Assembly: GCF_016432865.1 (NCBI RefSeq)
Contig: NC_067401.1
Location: forward strand, 205,716,001-205,780,000
Direction: 5' to 3'
Source of the DNA: Antechinus flavipes
Lineage: Eukaryota
DNA: 64,000 nt
Below the pieces are notes generated by a model. It saw nothing but the letters and a program-made list of their open reading frames with translations, searched no databases and was not told the DNA's origin. The stretch's first letter is position 1. Each line of letters starts with the position of its first letter. Both the position numbers and the translations under genes were made by a program. This document shows positions 30,147-43,877 of the stretch, one piece after another.

Positions 30147-31939
30147 ATAATCAGGATATGAGTCTTCCACATTTGTCTTGAGGGAATAGGGTAGGACTCA
30201 AGGTAAATACTGAAAACCAATGGAAAAGGGAGAGGAGATTATCATGGACTTGGAAAGAGGGTGGTATAAATGGCTAGAGTGTTGGCCTAAGAATTGGGAA
30301 TATCTGAGTTTTAATTGTGCCTCAAACACTTACTGGCTATGACTTTGGGCAGGTCATTTGACCTCTGAGCCTCAGTTTCCTTGTTTATAAAATTGGGAGT
30401 AGTAACAGCACCTGCTGGCTTGTTGTGAGAGTCAAAGGGAATAACATGTTAAGCACTTTGAAAACTTTGAAGCTCTGTATAAAATGCTAGCTATTGTTCT
30501 TGGTATCTGTCTTTTTCTTATCCAATTTATTTTGTGAGGCCTTCGAGGGTACCAATAAAGGGTTTGTGGGGTATTGAAACTCATATCCTTTAAGATTGAT
30601 CTTGAGGACATAGGAAGCTTATTAGCAAGACTTGATAGTCAAAGATTTATCAGGAAGAGCTCTGTAAAAAGTAGTAGTAGTAATGAAAGTTGGCTCTCCC
30701 ATGTGGTGACCATGTGGGTCCCTAGAGTTCTCTTGCTGAGACAGAGGGAGAACTGTTCACCCAGAGTCCTGGGATTCTGGAAACCCTCCCCCCACCATCT
30801 CTCAGTTTAAGGCTGGGCGGAAGTGAAGGCTAAGCTGGAGCCTTGCAGTCCCAGTCCCTCTCTCCACCCCAAAACCCCCCTTCCCAGCCTACTGGAAAAG
30901 AAGACACTATGATCTCTCACAGCACATCCTGAAGGAGTGAACAGCAGCTGGAGCCTATCTTTTGGAGTCTGTCTTTTGCTCACCCTCCTCCTACACCCCT
31001 TGCAGTTCTTACAACAAAGGAAGAATGTGTGTGGGGAGGGTAGGGGGCCACTGAGAGATTTGGAAAAAGGCCTGAGCCAGACAGACCCACCTCCAGAGAC
31101 CCAACCAGGCTTCCTTAGTCACGGAGACTTCTGCAGCTCACATTGTCCAGTCATGGACTTGGGACTGAAGTTGCCTGACTAATAAGGTTCTACTTACTGC
31201 ATTCCTGGGGCCAGCCTTTTCTAGCTTTAGGTTCAGATTGATGCTGGGTCAGAGCCAGACCACAGCTTCCCTGTAGAGCCTTCTCCAGTTGGCAGCCATG
31301 TCCTGGGGGATTCATATTAGCTTCAAGACACCAAGGAAACTGTGGTTCTAAAACTGACCTAGGATTTAAGGTTCCTTGGGGGAAGGGGACTGTTCCTTGC
31401 ACTAAATGACTTAAATAACCCAATCTCTTTTTGAGATTTTTTTTCTCCAGATCCCCGTTTGTATAGTTTTTGAAGGTAGCCCCACACCTAATCCATGTAA
31501 CAATACACAATTCCTAGGGTTTTCTCTGGCCAGTTCTCAGAAATAATGCCCCTCATTTTCGTCACCCCACCATCTCTTCCCCAAATGCTCCCTATCCTAC
31601 CCCTTTCTCCTCACACTAGCCCCTGTTCTCCCTACCTCACTTCCTCATACAGTTGCATCTCACCACCTCTTTCCTCCTATTCCCCAAGGTCTCTTTCGAA
31701 TTCTTCCTCCCTTTCCTTTCCTATAATGTCCCCTATTTCCTCACACCATCCTACTTGCTTTCATTTCCCACATCACCTTCAACTTCTCCCTACTCCCCAT
31801 TATCCGTGTTTCCTATCCTCTCTCCTCTTTTTTTCTCCCCTCCCGTCTTTTCTATACCTTTTCCATTTTCCTCCCTTCCCCTTCCATTACCCTTCATCTC
31901 TATCAGATCTCCCCCGGATCCTGCCCAATTTATGAAATC

Positions 31940-33200
31940 CTGAGGCTGAGGCCGAGGAGGTTCTAAGGGAGCCAGGCTCCGCAATTCGACTAAGATGAGG
32001 GATGCCAGGCCGACACCGAGCGGGGTGCCCGAGAGGGCGGGGCTCCAAAAAGAGGCTGGGGGGGGGGGGGGAAGAGACGGAGGGGCGGGGCTCCCAACTG
32101 AGGCTGAGCGGGGGTTGGGGGTGGGAGTGGGCTTCTGGGAGGCGGAGAGCTCTAAGAAGGCGGGGCTCCGCGAGCCGCCCGGGCGAGGGGTATCCTGAAG
32201 GGGCGGGGCTGAGGGGGGCGGTGCGCGCCGCCGGGGAGGGGGTTCTGAGGGGGCGTCGAGGGGCGGGGCTTCCCTTGGCGGCGGCGGCGCGCGGCTGCGG
32301 GCAGCTCTGGGGACGGGGCGCGCGGGCTCGACTCGGTGGCTCTCGGCACTGCTCGGGCAGCAGCGGGAGCAGCAGCGGCAGCGGCGGCCCGGCCCCTGCT
32401 CCCAGCAGCAGCGCCCTCGCGTCCTGCGCGCTCGGCGGAGCCGCTCCCCGCTCCTTTTCTTCCTTTCTCGTCCTCCTCTTTAGAGCCGGCCGCGATGGAA
32501 GCGGAGCCGGGGACCCCGGGTAGCCCTCGCCGGCCGCCGCTCCTCGGCTTTCTCCTGCTGCTGAGTGGTGAGTACTGAGGGACCGAAGCCCCTGTGGAGG
32601 ACAGCGCGCGGTGCGCAGCGCGGAGCGGAGCCGGCGCCCGGGCGAGAGCGCTGGCAGCCCACCTGGGAAGCGGCCTCTCCGTGCCCTAGCCAGGACGGCT
32701 CCGCCTTACCTGCCCGGAGAAACCTGGCCTGGGCGCTCCTCCTCCTGCCCCCGCGGCGGGCTGCCGGCCTCCGGGGGCCCAAGTGAGGAGAGCCGCAGAG
32801 CCCTACTCGCTTGGGGCCGGCTGCCTGGCGGGGCGGGGTAGTGCCCGGCTCCGGGCGGAGTCCTTTCTTTGGGGAGGTGGGATGCGCCCGGGGGACGCTA
32901 GGGCTTCCACGCAACCGGCCATCCTTCTATCCATCCATTCCTCCGCCCTAACGCGGATGGACCTTTGTTAAGGCGGCCCGACTCCCTCCTCCTTCCTTCT
33001 GCTGAGCAGAAGGGATCTTGGGCAGCGCAGAGGACTTCGATTGGGGGGCTTCTTCCCTTTCGAACCCTCATCCGGGGCAGTGAGCTCCCTGCCTGACTCC
33101 TAGAGGAGTAGGCACGGGCTACATAGTACCGCTGGCACTAAAGAGTTACGGTGGCCCCTGCCAAAATCGGGCATGGTTGGCCCGGGAAGAGGTGGATGGT
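31940..33200 (+). promoter_or_regulatory. PTK7 CpG-island promoter and first exon region
   Basis: Very CpG-rich; several GC boxes GGGGCGGGGC (~32082, 32200, 32260); CAG/CGG-rich 5' UTR. Confidence 0.9.
32495..32567 (+). CDS. PTK7: PTK7 exon 1 coding part (signal peptide MEAEPGTPGSPRRPPLLGFLLLLS)
   Basis: Good Kozak context gcgATGg, signal-peptide-like sequence resembling human PTK7 MGAARGSPARPRRLPLLSVLLL (recalled), phase-1 donor G|GTGAGT, expected position after KLC4. No exon 2 was found in the remaining 31 kb. Confidence 0.88.
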
Positions 33201-36200
33201 GAGGGCTGCTCCACTGGGGATTTGACCCTCTTCTCCGATCTCCATTATGCTTTGGATGATGGAGGCCAAGGCAGAAAAAGTTCGTGCCTGCTGGCCTTTC
33301 TACTTCTCTTTATCTATCCTTGCATTAAAAGATAAGAGCTGAAAAGTTTATTCTTTTTCTGCTTAGAAGGGCCAGGCACTTTAGTTCGAGAGGCGTATAT
33401 ATGTGTGAACTATATCTTTTGGTGTTCTATAATTTTTAACGCTGTTCCGAATTTACTCTCCCCCATTTGTCTCCCAAACTTGTGGACATCCTTAATTGTT
33501 GGCTTACTCACACCTAAATAGCTGGTTCAGTAGAAGCAGAGGATTCTGGAGCAGCCTTGAGATAGTTGGCCTCCTTGACCCATAATAACAGCTGCTACCA
33601 GAGACCTTGTGCTTCCAGTGAGATGAAATTTCTGGCCATATTCTTGGCTTTCTGCTTATCCTTCGTATTTGACCCAGTCATATTTTATGACACCTGTTTA
33701 ATGTTTTTAATTGGGGAGGGGGGAGGTAAGAGATGTTTAAGAAGTGGTGAATTTGTTATCTTCACTTTTTGTGCCCCAGGTCATAGGGCTTGGTGAAAGC
33801 CTAGGAGGGCCAAGTGTTTGCACATAAAGGTAAAAGAGCCCGAGATACTTCTGGTGCTGCCTTAGACCCCTGAAGGAAAGAATGTGATTGGCAGATTCGT
33901 TATTACATATGGTTAGATCCACATCTGTTCTGAAAGGAAGTTTGGTGGTAGTTTCTGCTGCAATTGAGGAGTCCTCTAATCATATGTGAAAAGGCTTGTC
34001 TTCTGGATTCTTTGTCTTTTGGTATTTAGGTTTGCTGTGATAGTTCCTTACCATCTTATTGTTGGGAACTTAAAGGGAGTGTTCTAGAAGTTCTAGGGAT
34101 GGGTATTCTTGTAGAACTGGAGCCTCAGTGCCCATGTACAGCAAATGCTAAATTCCTTCGGTGAGGAGAAGACCAACTCCTCAGATGTTAATCCTGTGAC
34201 GTTAGTGTGTGGTGATGGGGGAGGGATTGGGGGGAACCAAGAGGGAGCTCGAGGAATGGGACATGAGGTCTGGAATATCCTGGGGTGTGTGTGAAGGGGA
34301 AGCTGCCTTGTGTTCAACAAAGGAACATTTTAATGAGAGCCTTAAATCAACTCCACCAAATGGGCCCTGGTGTGGAACCTGTCCATGTGCTGTAAACAAT
34401 CATAGCCCATGGCCGTGGCCATGGCGCCTGCTGTCTTTAAGTGAAATCCGGGCTCTACACACCCCCGGACAGTATGACTTCAGGGGGCAGTGATTTTTTT
34501 TTTAATAGTTCACAGTAGAATTTTCCATCTCATTGTTTAATTATGTAATTAATTAACGAGACTTTGCATGGAGAGACCCCAGAGTATTAATAGGCCCAGA
34601 AGAAGAGGGGCCCAGACAGCTGGGCTTGTTGTGGATTAGGATGTTTTGAAGTTTAAGTAATTATGAAGTAAATGACCCAGTAACTTTCCAAACTTTGAGA
34701 TCTTTGTTGTGATAAATATGGTAGAAGAGAAGAGGGTTTTCTCTTTTGGAAACTAAAGTTCCTGAACTGACCAATTTGGCTTCTCAGTTGCTCTGCCATT
34801 TACTCTCCAAAGCCCTTTCTTTTTTGGGAGGTGGGGGCACACATGAAATGACACTCTGTTCTGGGCCTGATTGGTCATTACTTTATGATCGTATTCAAGC
34901 AGCTCTAGGAAACCTTGTGAATAGGTATTCTGAGAAATTGGGGAGGGGTAAAGAGATGTGGAGGATCAACTCTCTAATTCTTTCTGTACCAGATGGACAT
35001 ATCAGTTTTGCTAAAATACTACTTTTTATCGTGTTACTTCCATATTCTAAAATTTTCAACAACTCCCCACTACCTTTAGGATTTTTTTTTTTTTTTAACA
35101 TTTAAGTCCTCTGCAGTCTGATTAAAATTTACCTTCCCATCCATACCCATTAAGCATTCCTCACTATTCCCTTATATAAGCCAAAATGCACTGCTCAGCT
35201 TTCTGAATGTGAACATACTTTCAAACATAGCCTTTCATTGAAAAATGAGAATATTGAACTAGATGACTTCTGGGTTCCTTTTAGTTCTAACATGCTATGA
35301 TTGTATAGATATCTCTTTTCTATCTACTAAAATCCTCCAATTTCAAACCTTCCCATCTTATATGATCCCTCTAGCAAAAGAAGATATCTCAGTCCACTGA
35401 ATTTCTACAGGACACATCTGGAACATTCATATAGCTTTTATCACTTATTACAAAATATTATAGTTATTTGTAGACATGGTTTTTCCCTTATTAAAATGGA
35501 AGTTCCTGGAGGGGAAGGATTTCTTATAGTTTTTTTTCCCATAGTTCTTATAGTGCTAGGCATATGATTAGTCATTGTAAATATTTGTTAAATAAATGGA
35601 TATTTTGACTGCCCAATAATAATAATAATAATATTTGGCATTTGTATAGTGCCAAGCATTGTGTTTTTATTTCATTTGATCCTTACAACAACCCTGGAAG
35701 ATATGTGATGTTATTATTCTCATTTTAGGCTCAAGGAATCTGAGATAGAGAGATTAAGTGTCCAGAATTAGGTCTTCCTGACTCTGAGACCAGCATTCTA
35801 TTTCTTGCACCTCCTCAATGATCATAGGCAAAGGATTCAGAAGTAGGCAGAAATAAGTATATCTTTTCTTCCTCTTCGATTTTTAGGCCACAGGTTCCTT
35901 TTCTGGGGAGTGGTTGGATCATTTGTATACTGTCTCAAAATCTCAGGCTTGGACTATCCTGCTCTCTGCCTTATGAAAGAAATAAATATACTTTGCTATT
36001 TGGACCCTCTTTCATAGTGCCAGTGTATATTCTGGTACCCATTGAGGCTTTGGGGCTTTTGCTGCTTTGAAGGAATGGAAAAAAGAATTAGGCTTGGGAG
36101 TCACTATACTTAAACTGGATTCCTGCTTTTGCCATTCATAACCTAGATAATCTTAGGAAAGTCACCTCCCCTTTCAAAGTTTCCTGCTTTGTGCTTTGGT

Positions 36201-36559
36201 GGAGTTGGGATAGATATCTATAGGATCACCTATAGGATCATGAAAGAAAATTTAAAGATCATCTACCCGTCTTCTCCTTTCACAAATTATTGAAAATTGG
36301 GTGGGATCCAGGGAGTCTAAGAAAGTCACACACACAGGTGAGTGAATAGCAGAACTGAGAGTGTCATTTAGATTTTGTACCACTTCTACTATACTTGTCT
36401 ATGTTTTGTTGTTGTTCAGTGGTGTCTGACTCTTCTTCTTGATCCTGTGGACCATGCAGTGCATGAGATTTGAAATTGGATTTGAAATTAGATCTTCCTG
36501 ATTCTAGGCCCAATGATCTATCACTGAGTTACCTAACTGTCCATGTTTTTACACTGGAC

Positions 36560-36745
36560 TACTACTATACTATACTCATTCAATACTCAACTGTATCATA
36601 TTACTACTATACTATACTGAATGCTTTTATCAGACTAATACTATAATATACTTATAGAAGACTAAGACTATATTATACTTTACTAATTTATTTCTACTAT
36701 ATAATACTAATATTACACTTGAAGATATTTATATCATACTATACT
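36560..36745. repeat. Degenerate (TACTA)n low-complexity tract
   Basis: actactatactatactc...ttactactatactatactg...actaatactataatatac. Confidence 0.7.
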
Positions 36746-37344
36746 AATTTTATTTTTTTAATTTTAGGACCCAGATTGTGATTCTTTTAGTTTAGGAAAC
36801 TCTTGTTGAGAAAACTCTCTTACCACTGCTGATATCAATTTATAATATCTTTTGCAATTTATAATCAGGAAATAGCCTAAGGCACTGAACAGTTAAGTAT
36901 CATGATAAAGGCCACATACCAATATATATCAAAAGTCTGGGCTTTAATTCAAGTCCTCCTGATTCCAAAATTTCCATCATCTCTGGTACAGTACTTCATC
37001 TTCTTTTCATAGATTGTCAGAATTGGAAGGGACTATTTAGTGCAGTGCCTTCCTTTTACAAGACAAGACTGAAGCCTGGAATGGTACTCTGGACTTGCTG
37101 AACAGGCAGAGAATTAGTTGATAGCCAAGTGAGGACTAGAACCATGTTTCCTGACTCCCAGCTTGGGGCTTTTGCTACTTGCTACCATATTGTTTTTCTA
37201 TTGAAACTCAAAGTATTGATAATTTATTGGTATAGCACTTATAACTTAGGGATCTGATATGATGTATGTTACTTTGAGGATGGACCTAAGAAATGGAGTT
37301 TTCAGGTTGTCATTGTTGTGTGCCTCCAGTACACAGGCAACCCC

Positions 37345-37615
37345 TATTTGTATAGTAGAGCCACTAGGTGGTATAACCCTGGAGTCAGAAAAACTTATCA
37401 GAAAAACTAAGTCAGAAGAACTTATCTCAGTTCAAATCCAACTTTAGATTGCTACTATTACTAGCTGTGTGATCCTGGGGAAGTCACTTAACCTTATTTG
37501 TCAGTTTCTTAATCTATAAAATGAGATGGAAAAGGAAAATGGCAGCTGCTCTAATATTTTTGCCAACAAGACCTCAAGTGGGGTTGTGAAGAGTTGGACA
37601 CGACTGAACAAAAAT
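37345..37615 (+). mobile_element. MAR1-like SINE
   Basis: ggagtcagaa...tagctgtgtgatcctggggaagtcactt...tgaagagttggacacgactgaa. Confidence 0.7.
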
Positions 37616-37729
37616 TTGAATTCTACTTCCATTTCATTTGGTGTTGCTGTTATTGCCTCAGCTATATTTTTTGTATAAACTCTTATAAATGATCTTTAGC
37701 TCAGATGGCCTCTTTATTTAATTTAATTT

Positions 37730-37880
37730 TTTTGTTTTGTTTTGTTGGGACAATTGGGGCTAAGTGTCTTGCCCAGGATCACAAGCTAGGAAGTGTTAAA
37801 TGTCTAAGATCACATTTGAACTCAGGTCCTCCTGACTTGAGGACTGGTGCTCTAACCACTGTGGCACCTACCTGTCCCTG
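37730..37880 (-). mobile_element. WSINE1-like SINE
   Basis: gggacaattggggctaagtgtcttgcccaggatcac...tttgaactcaggtcctcctgact...ctaaccactgtggcacctacctgtcccc. Confidence 0.8.
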
Positions 37881-40800
37881 ATCAGCCAGTTCTTAAAGTC
37901 CAATAACTTCCATTATAGTACTGATACACAGGGACTGATTATTGAGAAAGAGTAATATATAGTAAAGTCTATTACAGACTTATGGAAAAGAAAGGGGGAA
38001 AGAAGTGATTTTGATACCCTTGTGTTTCTTCCACTTAAGGAGTTCTCACTTTATGTCTTTAAATCTGGTTACTGAAGATAAAAATTACCTTAGATGATTT
38101 GCATTCTTCTATTATCATTCATTTGTCTATTAATCATATTGTTATTGGGAAACAATCATGTTTATTGTTTATATAATTTTTAGAATGTTTGCAGCATTCC
38201 CAAGTACATTTTAAAAAAAATTTTCAGGGCCCAATCTTTACCCAGAGGAACACAATTCTAATTTTAATAGCTTGCCACTCAGTGAGGAAATTGCATTCAT
38301 TAAGTAGAAATTGGATTCAATAAGCAACTTTGAAAGAACACATCTATTACCTACAGTGAGGCATGTTTTTACTGGGTTTTGCCATGGTGTGATGATCTGA
38401 TCATTTTGACTCTGGGGGGAAGAGTAGAGAGAAGAAAAAAGGGAGGGAGTGAGGAAGGGTGGAGAGAGACAAAGACAGAGAAAAAGAGAAAGAAATTGAT
38501 TCATTCCCTGTCAGGGACTCAGTTTTTCCATCTGTGAAAATGGATATCCTTTTTGTCTAAATTTTATGACATGTTCCCATCAGTGAGTGATGCTGAAATG
38601 ATTTACCTCCATGTGCCTCACTATTCCCATTTTTAACAGGAGGATTTTGAGCTTAATAGCTTCCAAGGTCTAAATCATTTCTTGCTTCATCTTTTGGATT
38701 TGAGGAATTACTGCTCTCAACTTCTAATGTGTAAATTATGAGTAACTTGACAAGCCAGCTCCATGGAAGAAAGTGTTATACACAGGGTTGTGTGTCCTTA
38801 GCTTGCCTTGCCTGCCTGCCCTTCTGGCCTTTTTCCTCTAACCTCAGTTACATGTGTCTTTTCAGCTATGTCCCCTTGTTGCCCTATTTCTGAATTAAGA
38901 GAACCAGGCAGTTCTGGTTAGAGGCTTGGGTCCAGTATTGCTGTGGTTAACTCCTCAAGTCTTATTCATTACCTGCTGGGCTTGATCTTTCTCCCATGTA
39001 TTCTTTTTAATACTGTCGCCCTCCCCTTCGTGTCCCCCTACCATTCAGCTTCCATTTATCCAGCTCCGGTGAAAGTGCCCTCAGTGTAGCTGGGCTCGAT
39101 TCCTATCTTGGGGGTGCTGAGTTCACTCTATTCCAATATGCACTCATGCCAGCTCCAGCCCTATGGCACTCTGGTGGAGCCTGCACAGTACAGCTAATCA
39201 GTGGTTTTAGGAAGCCTTGTGCAGCATGTCACTTTTTCCGCCCTCTTTTCTTCTCCATATTTAAGACATTTCTCGGTCATGCTGTCAAGAGTCAGTGTAT
39301 GTAGCCAGGAGGCAACTTGGCTCCCAGGGCTAATGAACTTGGACCTGGCAGCTCTTCCGGGAGTCAGAGTTATTAAATTGCCAAGTGCCTGTTTCCCCCT
39401 CTGGATTAATTCTGTGGATAATTTAAGAAGCCTCACATAGCACTTTATTTGCTGTTTCTCTAATGTCTTTATCAGGTAATATTGTACATTAGAGTTTTCT
39501 GTGACTGTGGCTTATTTTCCTTCTAGACTGGAAACCCCTCACAGAGCTGCTATCTGAGTTTTGCATCTTCCCTAGTGCCTGGCACAGTGCTCTGCATCCA
39601 ACAGTCATTTATTTATCAAATGACTGAAGGAAGAGAATCTATGAAATTTGATTTTTTTTTTTTGAAAGAACTGAGCAGAGTCCTGTATCCTTTTTCTTAG
39701 AAACATAATAACAGTGATTGGCATTTAAGTTTCCAAAATGCTTTATGGCCATTATTATCACATTCAAGTCTCACTATAACCCTGAGGCAGACTCTGCAGC
39801 TGTGATTTACAAATGAAGAGTAAGTGATTTGTTCAGTGTCTGAGATAAGGTTGAAATCCAGGGCTTCCTTATTTGAGGTAGGCTGTCCCACGTCTTCCTG
39901 GGAGGTGTGTTACACACCTAATAAGAGTTTTGACTCTGGATTTGAACTCAGATCTTCCAGACTTCAGGCTCTAGCACCACCTAGCTTCCTCCCGACATTG
40001 CCTTTGAACTACAAGATCTGATACATGAATTTATCAGCTGTGCTGAAAACTAGGTAAATGATAAAAGGTTGTGAATCTTATTTGTTAAACAGGTTGAACA
40101 ACTCAACTTAATCTTCTGAACCTCAATTTCTTCATCTGAAAAAATGAAGGGGAGTTGTTCTCAATGACCTCTGAAGTCTTTTTCAACTCTAAATAGCAAT
40201 TTGGTTTCATTACGTGATTACCTTTTCTCCTGCCCAGCCCCTAGTCTGGGCTTGCCATTGTGTCAGGGAAGGAGGCCAACATTTTATGCCAGTAGTTATA
40301 GTTATTCTTTAGTGCATGGATCGGTTAGGAGCTGGAGCTTAGGGGTCTCCCAGTCCGGTGCCCAGATTTTACACGTAAGGAAACTGAGGCCCAGAAAGAA
40401 ATGCTTTGTCTTAAGAGCTTCCAATACTCCAAGTCCAGTAACTTTCCAGGAAATCACACTGCTTTGCCCAGAAATTTTGAACTCTAAGCTGAATGCTGAA
40501 TGAAGAGAGGTCATAATTATAGATTTAGAGGCATTTGGCACTTCAGAGATCATCTAATCCAACTTTTTTATTTTCCAAATGGAGACACTTAGACCCAGAG
40601 AGCCTTAACTTGCTTAGAGTCACCAAAAGTAGGAAGTGTCAGAGCAAGGATTTAAATCCAGGTGCTTTTCTCCTTATTCAGGGACCTTTCCATTGATAAT
40701 AGAATGGAAGGGAGCTCTAACTTGGAAGTCAAGAGCAGGGGTCTATCCCTGCTTTTGTCACGATCTCATTATGAAACTTTTGCAAACCATACTCTGGGCC

Positions 40801-41354
40801 TCAGTTTTTTTCACTTCTAAAATTGGAATATTTCCATGGTGCAGGATAAGATTCATGATAAGAGCATTCATTGGGATTCATTTGAATCCAAGTTAAAAAT
40901 CAAGAGTTTGCTGCTTTCTATCTTTGTTAAACCTTTCTGGACCTCAGTTTCTTTCCTTGTGAAATGAAGGGGTTGAACTATTCCTAAGGCCCTTTCTAGC
41001 TCTGCCATTTTAGGATTCGAATTAGTTTTTGAACACCTGCTATTTGCCTAGCATTATGCTAAGTGTTGTGTTAGGGAAAGGGCAGGTCTTGAGGAGAGAA
41101 CAGGATGGTTGAGTCAGGTTCAAAAATATATGATTCCTTAATATTTCTTTAGTTGGGGAAATAATAGAGATACAGATACAAATGGATAAGGAATTCTGGA
41201 AGGGACATTTAGCTCTTTGTTGTATAGTAATCAATCAATATTTATGACTGTGCTAAGTATTGCTGACACAAGTACAAAGAATAAAACTATCTGGTATTTA
41301 TATCACATATTACAAAGAATGAAATAGGTCCTACTCTCATTCTAACCCGAGAGA

Positions 41355-41602
41355 CAGTTTTTGTTGCTGTTCAATCATTTCGGTTCTGTTCAAATTTTTG
41401 TGACCCCATTTGGACTTTTCTTGGCAAAGATACTGAAATAGCTTGCCATTTTCTTCTTCAGCACTTTCCATTTGAGGAAACTTAGGCAAATAGGGTTAAT
41501 CCACTTTCCCAGGGTCACATATCCAGTATCTAAATCATGATCTGAACTCAGGTCTTCCTGATTTTAGGCCCCTCACTCTATCACTTTCCCACTTAACTTC
41601 CC
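41355..41602 (-). mobile_element. MAR1-like SINE
   Basis: gtgaccccatttggacttttcttggcaaagatactg...ttgccattttc...agggtcacat. Confidence 0.75.
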
Positions 41603-43877
41603 TAGAGAGACAATGCGTAAATATAAAAATGTGCAGCATAAATATAGACTTTATTTGCACATACAACCACAAAGTAATTAAATACAAGTTAGTTTGGGAG
41701 TAAGGTCACTAGCGCTTGTAGGGACAGATAAAGGCTTTATGAGTAAATGGTTCATGAGTTGCATTTTAAGGGAAGAAGGAGGTAAGATGAAGTGGATGTG
41801 AGGAAGATGGCCTTGGAAGACAGCAAAGAAGGAAAGATGGAATGTCTAGTGAGGACCAGAGAAAATGCCAGTTTCATTTAATTTCAGAGTATAAGAGGGG
41901 GAATAACATCCAGTGAACCTGGGGTCAGATTACATAGGGTAACTTTAAAGCTAAATGGAATCAAGTTCATCTTAATGTATGGATAAGATATACATACACA
42001 CACACTATCTATTCTAGCTAGATAAGGAGCAACACTAATATAGTAAAGTGCTAAATTAAATATAATTATGTTCCAAAATGTGTCATAAAGATAAATGTTA
42101 TTGGGAGTGAAAATTAGGAAGGGGAAGAGATTGGGGTGGTTTCTGAGAAGGTTTCATGAAGACAGTGGGACTTGGAATTGCCTATAAGTGTACCCAGTGA
42201 TGTGTAAGTCAAATCTTAGGTATTATCAGGTATATTTCATGTACAATTTGATGGTGCCTCTCATTACTTCATTGTGATAATGTGGTGATTCCAGAAAAGT
42301 ACCTTCTGCCTAGCAAATAAGGAGGACACCAAAAAATACAGATTTGGTCACTTTTGTATCTTCTGACACTCATGTTCCACCACGGGTACTACCTGGGACC
42401 CCTTAATCTTTTAAAGATTTCCCTTGTCTTTATTCTTTTATCTCCACGGGAGAGGACTCAACAAAGCCCCTTTGACTGGCAGCTTCTTAAATAGTTTACC
42501 TCATTCTAATGCACAGATTTTTGCAAAGTCTCTTTGTAAATGGATCTTGGTATTTCATCAGCAGCTCATAAATTTGGGACTTTTCCAAAAACAGCCACTC
42601 TGCATTTCCTGGCTAGAGCTTCCCCTCCTTCATCCTGGATGCAGATTCTCAGGAAGGACAACACTAGTTCAGTACTGATTTACTGAGTGACCCACAGCTC
42701 TTAGTACCCTTCCCTTCTCACTCCCTCACCCCCAGCCTCCCCCAAGATAAAAATCAAAGGGAAATTCAGGTAAGATGCAATTAATTGTCTGCTCTGGAAA
42801 GGGAGGAGACTTCCATTACAGTTGGTAAATAGTCTACCTTGGAACTAGGAGCCCTTTCTTCCCCCTACAAGGAACACAGGTCTTTTCTGACTCTGTTGGT
42901 GGCAGGCTATCTCCTAGCACAGTAAATAGGGATGAGGGACACAGCACCTAGGTATAAAGATAAAGGTATGTTATTTAAGTGGGTACAGCACACAATTTGC
43001 TCTCCTTTCCTGGGGCTCTGGAGTAGGAGTTCTAAACCAGAAAAAATGTTTTCTGTTGTCATTTTTTCCCTCACTTCACTGTAGCCAGCTTAGTATTTTA
43101 TGATTGAGGTGGACAGTCATGTTTATTGTGTTAAGCTTGACTGAAGTCAAAAAGGAAGCATCCTAGACTTTGGATCACATTTCCTTAAGAAACTTTAGGT
43201 AGGCTTGCCTGTGTTCTCTCTCCATAAAGATACTAGGGGGTCTCCCAAATCCTGAACTGAAACTAGTATATCTCTCTGATTTGGACCAACAGAGGGACAG
43301 AATTAAGAAAGAAAAACCTGGGTGCATTCTCTCCTTCAGGTCCTCAGAGACTGTGCCAAGTCTTTTGAAGTTTCCTGCATGTTTTATAGCATTGAGCACA
43401 CAAGTACTAGTCTTGTGGCAGGAAAACGCTGAGAGTTAGGAAACCCAGGTTCTATAACAAAGTCATTGTGTGAGTAGGGGGAAGTTGCCCCCCCTCTCAG
43501 AGCCTGTGTTACCTTCTCTGTTTAGAAGGCCAACTAAGGTCCAACTAGGAGGGTCTGTGTTCTATGACCAGGGATGAGCAAAGCCTTGTCTTTCCTAAAT
43601 CCCTTCGGCTTTCTTCTCTTCCATTGATTTTGGTGAGGGCTTTCAGATCTACAAAGTTAGTTCTCATTCTCTAACGGTAAGGCACAGAAACCTGGGACTT
43701 GGCTAAGATGGTGGTGTTAATGTGGTAAAGCTTCCCAAAGTATTAGGATTGGAAAAAGTTAAATAAGATAAGGGGAGGTTTAGAGGAAAAACTAGGGAAT
43801 GAATTATTTATCCTTTTAGGCCCATAGAATGTCCAGAACTGCAGGAATGAGGCCCAGAGAGAATAAATGAGCACATA

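Noticed and set aside
32002-32971. Several 60-173 aa ORFs on both strands in the PTK7 CpG island
   Set aside because: Gly/Arg/Ala/Pro-rich products expected from stop-poor GC-rich DNA. Only 32495-32567 has a Kozak context, a signal peptide and a splice donor.
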